Below are positions 52,083 to 60,856 of a DNA stretch of 64,000 nucleotides, piece by piece. Source of the stretch: Candidatus Bathyarchaeota archaeon (GTDB lineage Archaea > Thermoproteota > Bathyarchaeia > 40CM-2-53-6 > RBG-13-38-9); contig CAWECG010000001.1 of the NCBI GenBank assembly GCA_963807605.1, forward strand, positions 535,410 to 599,409. The letters are read 5' to 3'. Every line of letters starts with the position of its first letter. Position 1 is the stretch's first letter. The notes beneath the pieces were generated by a model. That model saw only the letters and a list, made by a program, of their open reading frames with translations. It was not told the DNA's origin and ran no database searches. Position numbers and translations under genes: made by a program.

Positions 52083-53187
52083 TGGGTTGTCCCGATATTA
52101 GCGTTTTCATGTTAGGTTTGTCCAGTGTGTTATGCTTCTGGTTTTGGTGGGTTGTTTGGTGTTGTGTGAGGCTTCTATGGTGTAGAGTAGGCATAGTATG
52201 CAGTAGCTGGTGTGGATGGTGATGTTTTCTAAGCCTCTTGTTTTGTGATTGTTGAGGGTGAGGTGTTCTTTGAGTGATGCGAAGACGAGCTCTATGGTTG
52301 AGCGTTTCTTGTAGATGCGTTTGAGGTTTTCTGGGCCGTGTGTTTTGAAGTCGCTGGTTACTCTGAGGATGTTTTGTCTTTCAGGGTTCTGGTTGGCTGG
52401 GTAGGGTATCGCGGTCTTGATTTTGTGTCTTTTAGCGGTCTCTCTGAGTCTGTTGCTGGAGTATTGACTGTCAGCGGTTAGCTGTCGGATTCTGATTGCT
52501 GTGGTTTTAACTGTCATTTTGAGGAGTGGTATGCTGAGTTTCTTCTCGTTAGTGTTTGCTGGTGAGATGAGGAAGGCTAGGGGTGTCCCTGTGTCTGCAT
52601 CGACTGTGAGGTGTAGTTTGTAACCTAGGCTGTATGTGCGGTAGGCTCTTCCTACACGGGCTTCAGGGTCGCTGAAGCCTGTTCTATTGTTTATGTTGCG
52701 TCTGCTGTAGGCTTTGATGAAGGTAGCGTCCATAGCGACTATCCTGGGTTTTGCTATGTGTTTCTTCAGCAACTTCTTGACCTGTTTGTTTACTATGCGT
52801 CTTAGTCTTCTTGCGCCTAGCCGCTGGTTGAATCTTGAGAGTACCGTCCTACCGTACGCTGGCTCCTCATATCTTATGCCGCATATGTCACGTAGCCTCT
52901 CATCATGACATAAGTGGCGTTCAAGATCACGCAGACTGCTCATTCTCAGGTAGCGTCTGGCGAGGTGTGCCTTGAAGAGTCCTAAGGGGTTTCGTGGAGG
53001 TTTACCTGGACCGTCTTGATGATAGCAGCTAACAATGAGGCGTTCAACAAACGATAAATCCAGATTACTCAGCAGTGACTCCAGAGTCTCGTACCCTTCT
53101 ATCTGGAATCGCCTCCAAGTAGGAGGGTGTGGGGCTCAAACCATATGGATCTTTCCGTGTCAACTCAAAGAATATCGGGACAAGCCC
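52083..53187 (-). mobile_element. Insertion sequence (IS1182/IS5-like DDE)
   Basis: TIR GG(G/C)TTGTCCCGATATT at 52084-52099 and 53171-53186; flanks are themselves inverted repeats ending in GCGCGC. Confidence 0.88.
52107..53135 (-). CDS. DDE transposase (start region apparently frameshifted)
   Basis: GPGKPP N-terminal motif, MDATFI, GYKLH, TADSQY, YKKRSTIELVF; frame stays open upstream of the annotated M at 52943 to a TGA near 53137. Confidence 0.85.
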   Translation of the reverse strand, partial: APHPPTWRRFQIEGYETLESLLSNLDLSFVERLIVSCYHQDGPGKPPRNPLGLFKAHLARRYLRMSSLRDLERHLCHDERLRDICGIRYEEPAYGRTVLSRFNQRLGARRLRRIVNKQVKKLLKKHIAKPRIVAMDATFIKAYSRRNINNRTGFSDPEARVGRAYRTYSLGYKLHLTVDADTGTPLAFLISPANTNEKKLSIPLLKMTVKTTAIRIRQLTADSQYSSNRLRETAKRHKIKTAIPYPANQNPERQNILRVTSDFKTHGPENLKRIYKKRSTIELVFASLKEHLTLNNHKTRGLENITIHTSYCILCLLYTIEASHNTKQPTKTRSITHWTNLT

Positions 53188-53406
53188 GCGCGCTATCCGA
53201 ATCTCTAAGCCTTCTAGGTAGAATCTCTATTGCGGCCTGTTCCGGTTCCTCAATAGGAATTACAACTATCTTAAGGCTCAAATCTTGAGTCCGACCAGTA
53301 AGTAGAAAGACATAATGTCCAACAAATGTATTAACGCGCGCGCTATAGATCTCCTTGATAAAATAATCTGGTTCATCATTTGAAAGCTGCCTTTTGTGCA
53401 CGTTAA

Positions 53407-54147
53407 CTATAGGAGCTTCGCCAGCTTTGCTGCGTCCGTGGGAGGGTGGCCTGAATAGTATTTGCTGAAGTAGACGAATACTTCTGCATGGCTGTCTCGG
53501 TACTTCTTTATTTTCTCTGCCCATTTTTTGATGTCGTCTGTTCGGTCAACCTCAACCTTGCCTAGAGTCCCCTTTACTTTAGCTCTATCACCTTCCAACC
53601 TTACGTAGACGAAATTGGCCGTCAATTCTTCAATACTGGGCATGAAGGGGCTGCTTACCAAGGTCAAAGCGATCTCATTTTTCCGGAGAAGAGAGAAGAG
53701 TTCATCCCCCAGCAATTTCTGGTTTCTCACTTCTACGGCAAAACGACACTCTCTGGGTAGCGTGGACAGGAAATCCTTCAACATTTGAATATGCTCTTGC
53801 TTGAATCTGGAGGGGAATTGAAGAAGCAATGGACCAAGTTTCTCTTGTAACTCAGAGAGTCTTCCAACGAACCTTTCCAAGAGCTCCTCGCAGTCTTTCA
53901 ACATCTTGATGTGAGTTATTATTCTGGGAAACTTGGCGGCGAATAGAAAACCCGTCGGAGTCTGATCCTTCCATTCGATGACTGTCTCACGTCGGGGGAT
54001 CCTGTAGAATGTGCTATCCAACTCAACAGTATCGAAATGCTTTGAGTATTCTGTTAGGAACTCTCTTGACTTGAGACCTTTAGGATATAAGTTGCCGAGC
54101 CAGAAGCTGTAGCTCCAACCCATTGTGCCGATGTGAACCGTGCTCAT
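53407..54147 (-). CDS. DUF72 (UPF0759) protein
   Basis: GTMGWSY, VELDSTFY, LLQFP, AVEVR, YVRL. Confidence 0.92.
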   Translation of the reverse strand: MSTVHIGTMGWSYSFWLGNLYPKGLKSREFLTEYSKHFDTVELDSTFYRIPRRETVIEWKDQTPTGFLFAAKFPRIITHIKMLKDCEELLERFVGRLSELQEKLGPLLLQFPSRFKQEHIQMLKDFLSTLPRECRFAVEVRNQKLLGDELFSLLRKNEIALTLVSSPFMPSIEELTANFVYVRLEGDRAKVKGTLGKVEVDRTDDIKKWAEKIKKYRDSHAEVFVYFSKYYSGHPPTDAAKLAKLL

Positions 54148-54208
54148 TCTACGCGCTGCTCCCCTGACTGGGAGCTCCGGGATCCCAGCGCATGGTCTGT
54201 TTCTGAGG

Positions 54209-55160
54209 TCATCCCCGTTTCACTTGGTCGAGAGTGCATTCGTGTGGAGTCTTATCAGCTTTCAGCCCCCGGAATCTTGGCATCCGTAACTTGTCGTCTT
54301 TGGTGACTGTCTGATAGGCGACTTCGCATACAAGCTTCGGCTTTAGCCAGACAACTTCCTGAGGGACTTCAACCTCATGAAGAGTCTCCTTCCGGACCTC
54401 CAGTCCTTTGAAGATATTTTTCAGAAGGTCCGTGTCGCCCTGGGAGAAGCCTGTCCCCACTTTGCCCACGTAGACCGGTCTGTCGTCATCGTATAATCCC
54501 AGGATCAGCGCTCCGAAGGTCTCCTCTCTAATGCCTTCCCCAGTGGTATATCCGAAGATCACACAGTCGCAGGATGTCACCTTTTTTATCTTCAGCCAAT
54601 TGCCACTGCGTCTTCCGGGCTCGTAGGGACTGTCTCTCCTCTTCGCCATTATCCCCTCCAGAGCCCTTCGAACAGATGCCCTGTAGTATTTTTTCCCTTC
54701 TTCCTCTATGAAGAGTGAAGCTAGGACGTGTCTGCCCTCCTTGAGGGAATCCTTCAGGATCATCTTCCTGTCAATTAAGGGAAGGTTGATGAGAGTCTTC
54801 CGGTCCTTCTCCAGTATGTCGAAGACAACATATGTTGCAGGATATTTGCGCGACATGTATTCGATATCGGTTGGCGAAGTAGTCTTACCCCTTTCCAGGA
54901 GGGTCTGGAAGTCTGGTCGCCCACGCCTCAGTGACGACTATTTCGCCGTCGAGGACAGCTCCCCTTGTCAGATTCTTCAGTTCTTCAAGTTCTGGAAAAT
55001 TGATCTTTAGCTCCTTATCATTCCTGCTCTTTATGTTCAGCCTTCGATCGATGTAGCTGATAGCTCTGAACCCATCCCACTTGATCTCGAAGATCCAGCC
55101 CTTCGAGTTGAAGGGCGCGTCTGCGGTCTGGGCGAGCATCGGCTTATAGTGCCGGTTCAT
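54209..55160 (-). pseudogene. ligD: NHEJ ATP-dependent DNA ligase (LigD ligase domain), +1 frameshift near 54933
   Basis: EIKWDG (motif I), LDGEIV, then GRPDFQ, VFDIL, EGIMAK, WLKIK, GKVGTG, LRMPRF in the next frame. Confidence 0.9.
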
Positions 55161-55957
55161 TTCTTCTTGATCTGTTTGAGAGTCTCTTGGAGAGCTACCA
55201 TAAGCTCCTTAGCCTCTTCCTTTACGGGCTTCTCCTCGACGACGATGGCCTCTCCCTTCATCTTTTTCTGGACGAGTGACTCGACTTTCTCTCTGTAGCG
55301 GTCTCTGTACAGTGTTATATCGAATTCCCCTGAGAGATCGGCGATAATCTTCTTAGTGAGCTCCAGCTCCTCCTTATTCGGCTCCTTGAGCCCCCTGAGC
55401 TCTTTGTTCTCAGCTGGATCAGCAACCTCGTATTGATAACGAAGAGCCGTCAGAACCAAGGCGTTCTTGTAGGGGTGGACTATAACCGGGTACTCCTTTG
55501 TCCTGAGAGTAACCCTTCCGATTCCGGCTTTGCCCATTGCCTGTAAGGCAGTCAGAAGGAGGCTGTAGGCTTCCTCACTCTTGTCCGGTATCAGAAGGTA
55601 CGACCTCTCGAAGTATATCGGATTAACCGAGAGGTAATCGAAGAACTTGTCTATGCGGATCTTCTGGGTTGATTCTGGCTTGGCCGCCTCAAGTTCCTTC
55701 TGCTTGAAGATGATAAACTTGTTCTTGCTTATCGGGTATCCTTTCTCAACATCCTCCCAAGGAACGATCTTATTCTCTTTGATGCAGACTTTTTCGTATC
55801 TTAGTGGCTGACCGTCCTTCTTATGCAGAAATCTGAAATGGAGACTGTGATCGAATATCATGGGGTAGAGCTTGATCGGAACATTAACTAGGCCTATTGT
55901 GATACTTCCGCTCCACATGGGTCTCTTAGAGACTTGGCCTCTTATTTTCTTGGCCAT
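55157..55957 (-). CDS. ku: Prokaryotic Ku DNA end-binding protein
   Basis: RPMWSGSITIGLVNVPIKLY, KGY, YFERSYLL, YRDRY, LMVALQETL. Confidence 0.95.
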   Translation of the reverse strand: MAKKIRGQVSKRPMWSGSITIGLVNVPIKLYPMIFDHSLHFRFLHKKDGQPLRYEKVCIKENKIVPWEDVEKGYPISKNKFIIFKQKELEAAKPESTQKIRIDKFFDYLSVNPIYFERSYLLIPDKSEEAYSLLLTALQAMGKAGIGRVTLRTKEYPVIVHPYKNALVLTALRYQYEVADPAENKELRGLKEPNKEELELTKKIIADLSGEFDITLYRDRYREKVESLVQKKMKGEAIVVEEKPVKEEAKELMVALQETLKQIKKK

Positions 55958-55958
55958 T

Positions 55959-56822
55959 TCAACTCACTTTTAGTTTCTGTTTCTCTTCGAACAACCCTTC
56001 CCAAGGGTCCTTCCGAATCTTGACTACACTGAATATATTGAACGCGTCGGGGTCTAATACTTTCTTAATATTCTTCCATTCAAAGGGCGTTGAGACAGTG
56101 GCCTTGGGAGTGGCTCTCAAGCTGTACGCGCATATCATGGTTCTACCGTGAGAGTTCTGCAGATAATCTATGAAGACGGTTCCTGGCTCTCTTGATCTGG
56201 AGAACTCTGAGACGATGATCTCCGATTCCTTCTCGAGACTCTTGCCAATTTGATGCGCAAATTCTCTGACCTGTCGGAAGGAGTATCCTTTGGTTAGAGG
56301 GATGACAACGTGTAGTCCCTTCTTCCCCGAGGTTTTGATGTAGGATCTCAGGCCTAATGTGTCCAGCTCCTCCTTCAGCAGAAGAGCTACATCAACGGCG
56401 TCGGAAAATTTGGCCGGTGGCTCAGGATCGATATCGATTAAGACTAGGTCGGGGCTCTCGAAGGAATCCATTCCGGAGAGAGTGACATGGATCTCCAAGG
56501 CAGCCAGGTTAGCCAGCCAGATGAGCGTATCGACGTCGTTGCAGATTATGTAGTGCAGGTCTCGCTGCGCTGTCTCGGAATATCTCTTGAAGGTTTTCAC
56601 CCAAGACGGGGTTCCAACAGGAACATCTTTCTCATAGAATCCCTCCTTATCCACTCCATCAGGAAATCTTGTCAGAACCGCTGGTCGCATAGCTAACAGG
56701 TCCAGCATCCTCGGGGCTATTCTGATATAATACTCGATAACCTGTCGCTTTGTGACTCTCAGCTCTGGATAGAGCAACTTGTCCAGGTTGGTGAACTCAA
56801 CCTTAGTGAGCCTTTTGGACAA
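55959..56822 (-). CDS. NHEJ primase-polymerase (LigD Pol domain, stand-alone)
   Basis: TNLDKLLYP, RFPDG, DIDP, KTSGKKGLHV, VFIDYLQN, AYSLRA, VSTP. Confidence 0.95.
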   Translation of the reverse strand: MSKRLTKVEFTNLDKLLYPELRVTKRQVIEYYIRIAPRMLDLLAMRPAVLTRFPDGVDKEGFYEKDVPVGTPSWVKTFKRYSETAQRDLHYIICNDVDTLIWLANLAALEIHVTLSGMDSFESPDLVLIDIDPEPPAKFSDAVDVALLLKEELDTLGLRSYIKTSGKKGLHVVIPLTKGYSFRQVREFAHQIGKSLEKESEIIVSEFSRSREPGTVFIDYLQNSHGRTMICAYSLRATPKATVSTPFEWKNIKKVLDPDAFNIFSVVKIRKDPWEGLFEEKQKLKVS

Positions 56823-56890
56823 ATCGATCCGAGACCCAAGTCAAAGACTTGCTCTACAATAGCAGCGCGCGCTTCAGGATTTGATCGGTT

Positions 56891-58021
56891 TCAATTGCCA
56901 AGAATTGTCGTTCTCCGCAGCTGATCGATAATCCTCGTTATTTCCTGACTTTCCGCCTTATCTAAAATCGCCTCCTCAGATTCGAGCATAACTTTTGGAG
57001 CTTCCTCACCGGTAATCGTTCTGTAATACTCACGCCAGTCACTAGGCAACGCTGCTGGAAGTTTGGTCTTAATGAATGTGCTGAAAAGACTGGCCCAACA
57101 TCTGGCTACATTACCTAGGTTATACCCTCCCCCGCCGAAGACAATGATTCTCCCACCACAATACTCATGCGCTAGCCCATGCAACGTGGACGCAGCGCCA
57201 TTATAGGTCCTGACCGTAATGGAGAGGTGTGAGAGACGATCTCCCCTGTGGGAGTCGGCTCCAGCCTGGAGAAGGATGAACTCCGGCTTGTACCGTTCGA
57301 GTGCGGACGGGACTACCATGTTGAAAGCCTTAAGGTAGAGCTCATCACCTGTCCCCGGTGGCAATGGAATGTTTATCTTCAGCCCCTTAGCCTCGCCCTC
57401 ACCTACCTCATCAGGAAATCCAGTTCCAGGGAAGAGATAGCGGCCATTCTCATGAAAGTCTATATCCAGCACTGATGGGTCGCTATAGAAACCGTACATT
57501 ACTCCGTCACCTTGATGTGCATCGATATCGATGTATGCAACCCTCTTGATTCCAAAATTCTTCTTGAGGAAGGCGACGCAGATCGCTGGATCATTGAATA
57601 TGCAGAATCCAGACGCTCTCTCGGGACGTGCATGATGGAGCCCCCCGCTGAAGTTGAAGGCATGATCAGCCACTCCTCTCATAATCGCCTCGATACCGGC
57701 AAGGGAGGCTCCAGCAACCCAGCTTGTGGCTTCGAAACAACCTTTGAACGCCGGTGTGTCCCCCTCATCCAGAAGGCCATAACCCCGCTTGCTGTAATCT
57801 TGGACTCTCTTGAGATACTCCTCTGTATGGAAGAGACGAAGTTCATCTGGCTTCGCAAGTCTTGGTGGCAAGAGATCGGCGGAGGTTATGAGACCGTAAG
57901 ATTTCATCAGGGCCAAGGCAACCTTGAGACGTTCAGGTCTAAGGGGATGAGTTGGTCCAAGGTTGTAGGTGAGAAGCTCATCACCTGTTACGATAACTGA
58001 TCTCCCGACTATGTCACTCAC
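56891..58021 (-). CDS. Histone deacetylase family / AcuC protein deacetylase
   Basis: HPLRPER, GGLHHA, GFCIFND, DIDAHQGDG, GGGGY. Confidence 0.95.
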   Translation of the reverse strand: MSDIVGRSVIVTGDELLTYNLGPTHPLRPERLKVALALMKSYGLITSADLLPPRLAKPDELRLFHTEEYLKRVQDYSKRGYGLLDEGDTPAFKGCFEATSWVAGASLAGIEAIMRGVADHAFNFSGGLHHARPERASGFCIFNDPAICVAFLKKNFGIKRVAYIDIDAHQGDGVMYGFYSDPSVLDIDFHENGRYLFPGTGFPDEVGEGEAKGLKINIPLPPGTGDELYLKAFNMVVPSALERYKPEFILLQAGADSHRGDRLSHLSITVRTYNGAASTLHGLAHEYCGGRIIVFGGGGYNLGNVARCWASLFSTFIKTKLPAALPSDWREYYRTITGEEAPKVMLESEEAILDKAESQEITRIIDQLRRTTILGN

Positions 58022-58123
58022 ATCCTGATGACAGGCGAGTACCCACTATGAGAAGTTCATGCTGCATCCTAACTGGCGGATTCTAGCGCTCCCGGAGTTA
58101 CGAAAGTCTGGAGGCTGGGACTG

Positions 58124-58531
58124 CTACTCAACGGTTATTTTGTGACCCTTAACCGATTTGGGGATCTCGATAGATAACACGCCGCTCTTGAATTTAGCCT
58201 TGGCTTCTTCGGGATTGACTCTTGCCGGAAGCCTTAGAATCTTGTAGAATGACCTGAACTCGAACTGACTTTGAATTCTCCAGCGTTCATATTTGACACA
58301 CCTCTGGAGAGAGGCCTCTACCTTAACGTGATCCTCCTCGATTGTAAGGTGGATATCTTGCTTGTGGACCATCGGGAGATCCATCGTCACGATTATCTTA
58401 TCCAGAGTCTCGGTGACCTGAGTCAGCGGTTCAAGTCTGCCCGTAGAGGAATCCCACATTGAGTGACCGGAAAGCAACCCTTCGAAAGTCTCCTCGATCT
58501 CTTTCTCAACCTCGTCAAAGAATCTGAACAA
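58124..58531 (-). CDS. Small heat shock protein (Hsp20)
   Basis: DLPMV, AKFKSGVLSIEIPK, ITVE tail. Confidence 0.9.
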   Translation of the reverse strand: MFRFFDEVEKEIEETFEGLLSGHSMWDSSTGRLEPLTQVTETLDKIIVTMDLPMVHKQDIHLTIEEDHVKVEASLQRCVKYERWRIQSQFEFRSFYKILRLPARVNPEEAKAKFKSGVLSIEIPKSVKGHKITVE

Positions 58532-58564
58532 TCTCTTATCTCACCTCATAATAATCCTAAAACC

Positions 58565-59311
58565 TCATCCATACATCGCTGGAAGTTCCTGCTCCTGACC
58601 CTTGGCCATCCCCTGCATTGACCTAGTGGTCCTCTGCATGAGTTCACGCGTTTTAACCCTAATCTCTTCAGCCTGCTCAATAAGCTCCTTCACATCAACA
58701 TTCAGCTTGAGAAGTTTATTGACCGCAGCGATTGCGGAGGCTGCAGCACCAGGGTCAGGGTACTGGGAGTGTGACTGAGCAAGAAGAACAAGGTTGTTCA
58801 AGCCTTTCGACATGGATTCTCTCAGGATCATCGCGTGAGGACCCACCATGAATCCCTCCTCGAGTAGAGATATGCCAGCGTCCTTCAGCAGCGTCTTACC
58901 CTCTTTGGTTGTTGAGACTCCGAAGACCTGAGGGGTCTCGATCTCCAATCTGTTCTGGATTGCCACACCGCTTACAGAGATGAGCATCTCAACCTTCTTT
59001 GAAACCGCCCAATCAACAAGAGTCCGTGAGAGAGGAGCCACTGCCATTGTATTGATGGGCATCTCGGAAGTCAAGACTGCGAGCTTGGAATCGCCAAACA
59101 ATCTGATCGGGACTTGGGGGTCACCTTCATGAATAACCATCACAGGCGGAAGGAGATCTGACTCGATATGACCGATCTCCGGCAGATCTAATGCGTGAAC
59201 TATATGACTTACAGCGATCATGCCGGTCAATCCTGTGTCCGGCATACCCACTAGGCAGTACTTAACCGAGGAGAGCGGGTTGCGTTCGATAATATGCATC
59301 TCTTCACTCAT
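58565..59311 (-). CDS. Proteasome assembly chaperone, PAC2 family
   Basis: GMPDTGLTG, PDPGAA, LIEQAEEI; C-terminal HbYX (MYG). Confidence 0.9.
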   Translation of the reverse strand: MSEEMHIIERNPLSSVKYCLVGMPDTGLTGMIAVSHIVHALDLPEIGHIESDLLPPVMVIHEGDPQVPIRLFGDSKLAVLTSEMPINTMAVAPLSRTLVDWAVSKKVEMLISVSGVAIQNRLEIETPQVFGVSTTKEGKTLLKDAGISLLEEGFMVGPHAMILRESMSKGLNNLVLLAQSHSQYPDPGAAASAIAAVNKLLKLNVDVKELIEQAEEIRVKTRELMQRTTRSMQGMAKGQEQELPAMYG

Positions 59312-59444
59312 GAATGAAACCTTGCATAAAATTACTGATGCGCATTCATTAACCTTTTCTGAAAAACAGTGAACAAACAGTCCTTGGCAATCTTTGACAG
59401 TAACTTTAAGTCCTTGCTCGGGTTGCCGTTGATAGGGACTTCAA

Positions 59445-60377
59445 ATGGAGCCTATTGTGAACGCCAAGACAAGAATACTGAAGACCGTGCTGATAATAAG
59501 TATCCTCGTCAACGTCACGATGGCCATAATCTTTGTTTCAAACATCCAGAGTACTCAGGCCCCAGACAATCAATATCTTATTCTGGCATCTCAGAATCAG
59601 AATCTAACGAGAAACGTCGACTCTTTAAAACAGGAATTAACAATCCTCCAGAGCCAACTCTCCTACTATAAGGCTCAAGCAGAGTACTACTCTCGCCTTT
59701 CAAGATCTAACGGGACAAGCAACGGTAGCATAGTAGGCAACTCGGAGATCAACATAGTTGCGGTGCGTGAGGTTACAACTTCAACGGGTGAAACAGGATA
59801 TGACGGGATTGTCCTGACTGCACATTTGGAGTTGAGGGATGGCGAAGGCAGACTTCTCATCAACACCAGCCCAAAGATCGGAATAGACCTCCAAACAAGT
59901 GCGAACACAGCTATCCTCATCGCTGAGAACGTAACAGGAAGGTCTCTTAGAAACACCGATGTCATACTCACCGTCACAGCCGACAATGAAACCGATGTTC
60001 TGGATGGCCCAAGTGCTGGAGGGGCAATAACTGTCGCCTTGATTGCGGCAATAAATAACCGGCCAGTCAATCCAAACATCTTCATGACTGGGACTATCAA
60101 CCCCGACGGAACTGTTGGAAAAGTTGGGGGAGTCCTGGAGAAAGCCTTGGCGGCGGCAAGATTTGGCGCGAAGAGATTTGTAGTGCCGGAAGGGCAGAGT
60201 GTAGCTGTTACTTACCAGACCCAGGAGAGTCACCCCGCGCCAGGATTAACTATAATTACAACGAAGCCCGAATCGATCAATGTTCAGGAGTACCTCAGCA
60301 AAGAGGGCTACAATCTTCGAGTACTCGAAGTTGGCAATATCACCGATGCTTACAACCTGATCGTCTCTCAAAACTAG
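59445..60377 (+). CDS. Membrane-anchored Lon-like (S16) protease domain protein without AAA module
   Basis: TM helix, coiled coil, DGPSAG (Ser), TGTI..VGGV.EK (Lys). Confidence 0.88.
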   Translation: MEPIVNAKTRILKTVLIISILVNVTMAIIFVSNIQSTQAPDNQYLILASQNQNLTRNVDSLKQELTILQSQLSYYKAQAEYYSRLSRSNGTSNGSIVGNSEINIVAVREVTTSTGETGYDGIVLTAHLELRDGEGRLLINTSPKIGIDLQTSANTAILIAENVTGRSLRNTDVILTVTADNETDVLDGPSAGGAITVALIAAINNRPVNPNIFMTGTINPDGTVGKVGGVLEKALAAARFGAKRFVVPEGQSVAVTYQTQESHPAPGLTIITTKPESINVQEYLSKEGYNLRVLEVGNITDAYNLIVSQN

Positions 60378-60478
60378 AATATCGAATCAATCGATTACTA
60401 TGCACCTACTGAAGTGTAGGGTAACGAGGCCGGCCCAAACTCTGAATCTTTAGGTTTGGTTAGACGTTACCCGGGCGT

Positions 60479-60841
60479 GACGATCTCTACAGGATTCAGA
60501 AAGATATCGAATTCTCAGGAAGATCCGGAGCCATCAAAGCAGGCATCAGAATGCTTCTGTCAGATCTCAAGGAGAAGGAGACGCTGATTGGGGGCGGTAT
60601 GAGGGGCTCTCCTAGTAATTCATGAACATGAGGTAGAGACTTTCACAAAGATGAAACACAACTTTCCGGACATAATCCACACACACAACTTCACAACCGC
60701 TTCAAGGAAGATAAATGCTTGGAACTCGTCATAATGGACGGGAAAACAGATAGAATAAGACACCTGAAGTAGACATCTCAAAAGAATGAGAACATTGAAC
60801 GCCTGAAGCTGATCGTGACCCAGACCTCGGACTTAGACTGA
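60479..60841 (+). pseudogene. Degenerate NikR/CopG-family regulator
   Basis: FSGRSGAIKAGIRMLL..(fs)LLVIHEH..KH..(fs)QLH..KCLEL..*..LKLI; two frameshifts, one internal stop, no start. Confidence 0.7.
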
Positions 60842-60856
60842 ATGGAGTACTTGAAC

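Larger units (their letters stand above)
1392..56872. repeat. Dispersed (GC)n motif, consensus (TA)GCGCGCGC(TA)
   Basis: Runs of >=8 at 1392, 1452, 1557, 3142, 3358, 6525, 23070, 26984, 27487, 31962, 33620, 34313, 36618, 37589, 39317, 44704, 45361, 49914, 50963, 53335, 56865; 6-7-mers at 19752, 34723, 41728, 41928, 48775, 52077, 53187. Confidence 0.9.

Noticed and set aside
60441-60500. Pseudoknot/ribozyme from TCTGAATC pairing with GATTCAGA
   Set aside because: The downstream arm lies in the NikR-like coding remnant and no ribozyme core motif is present
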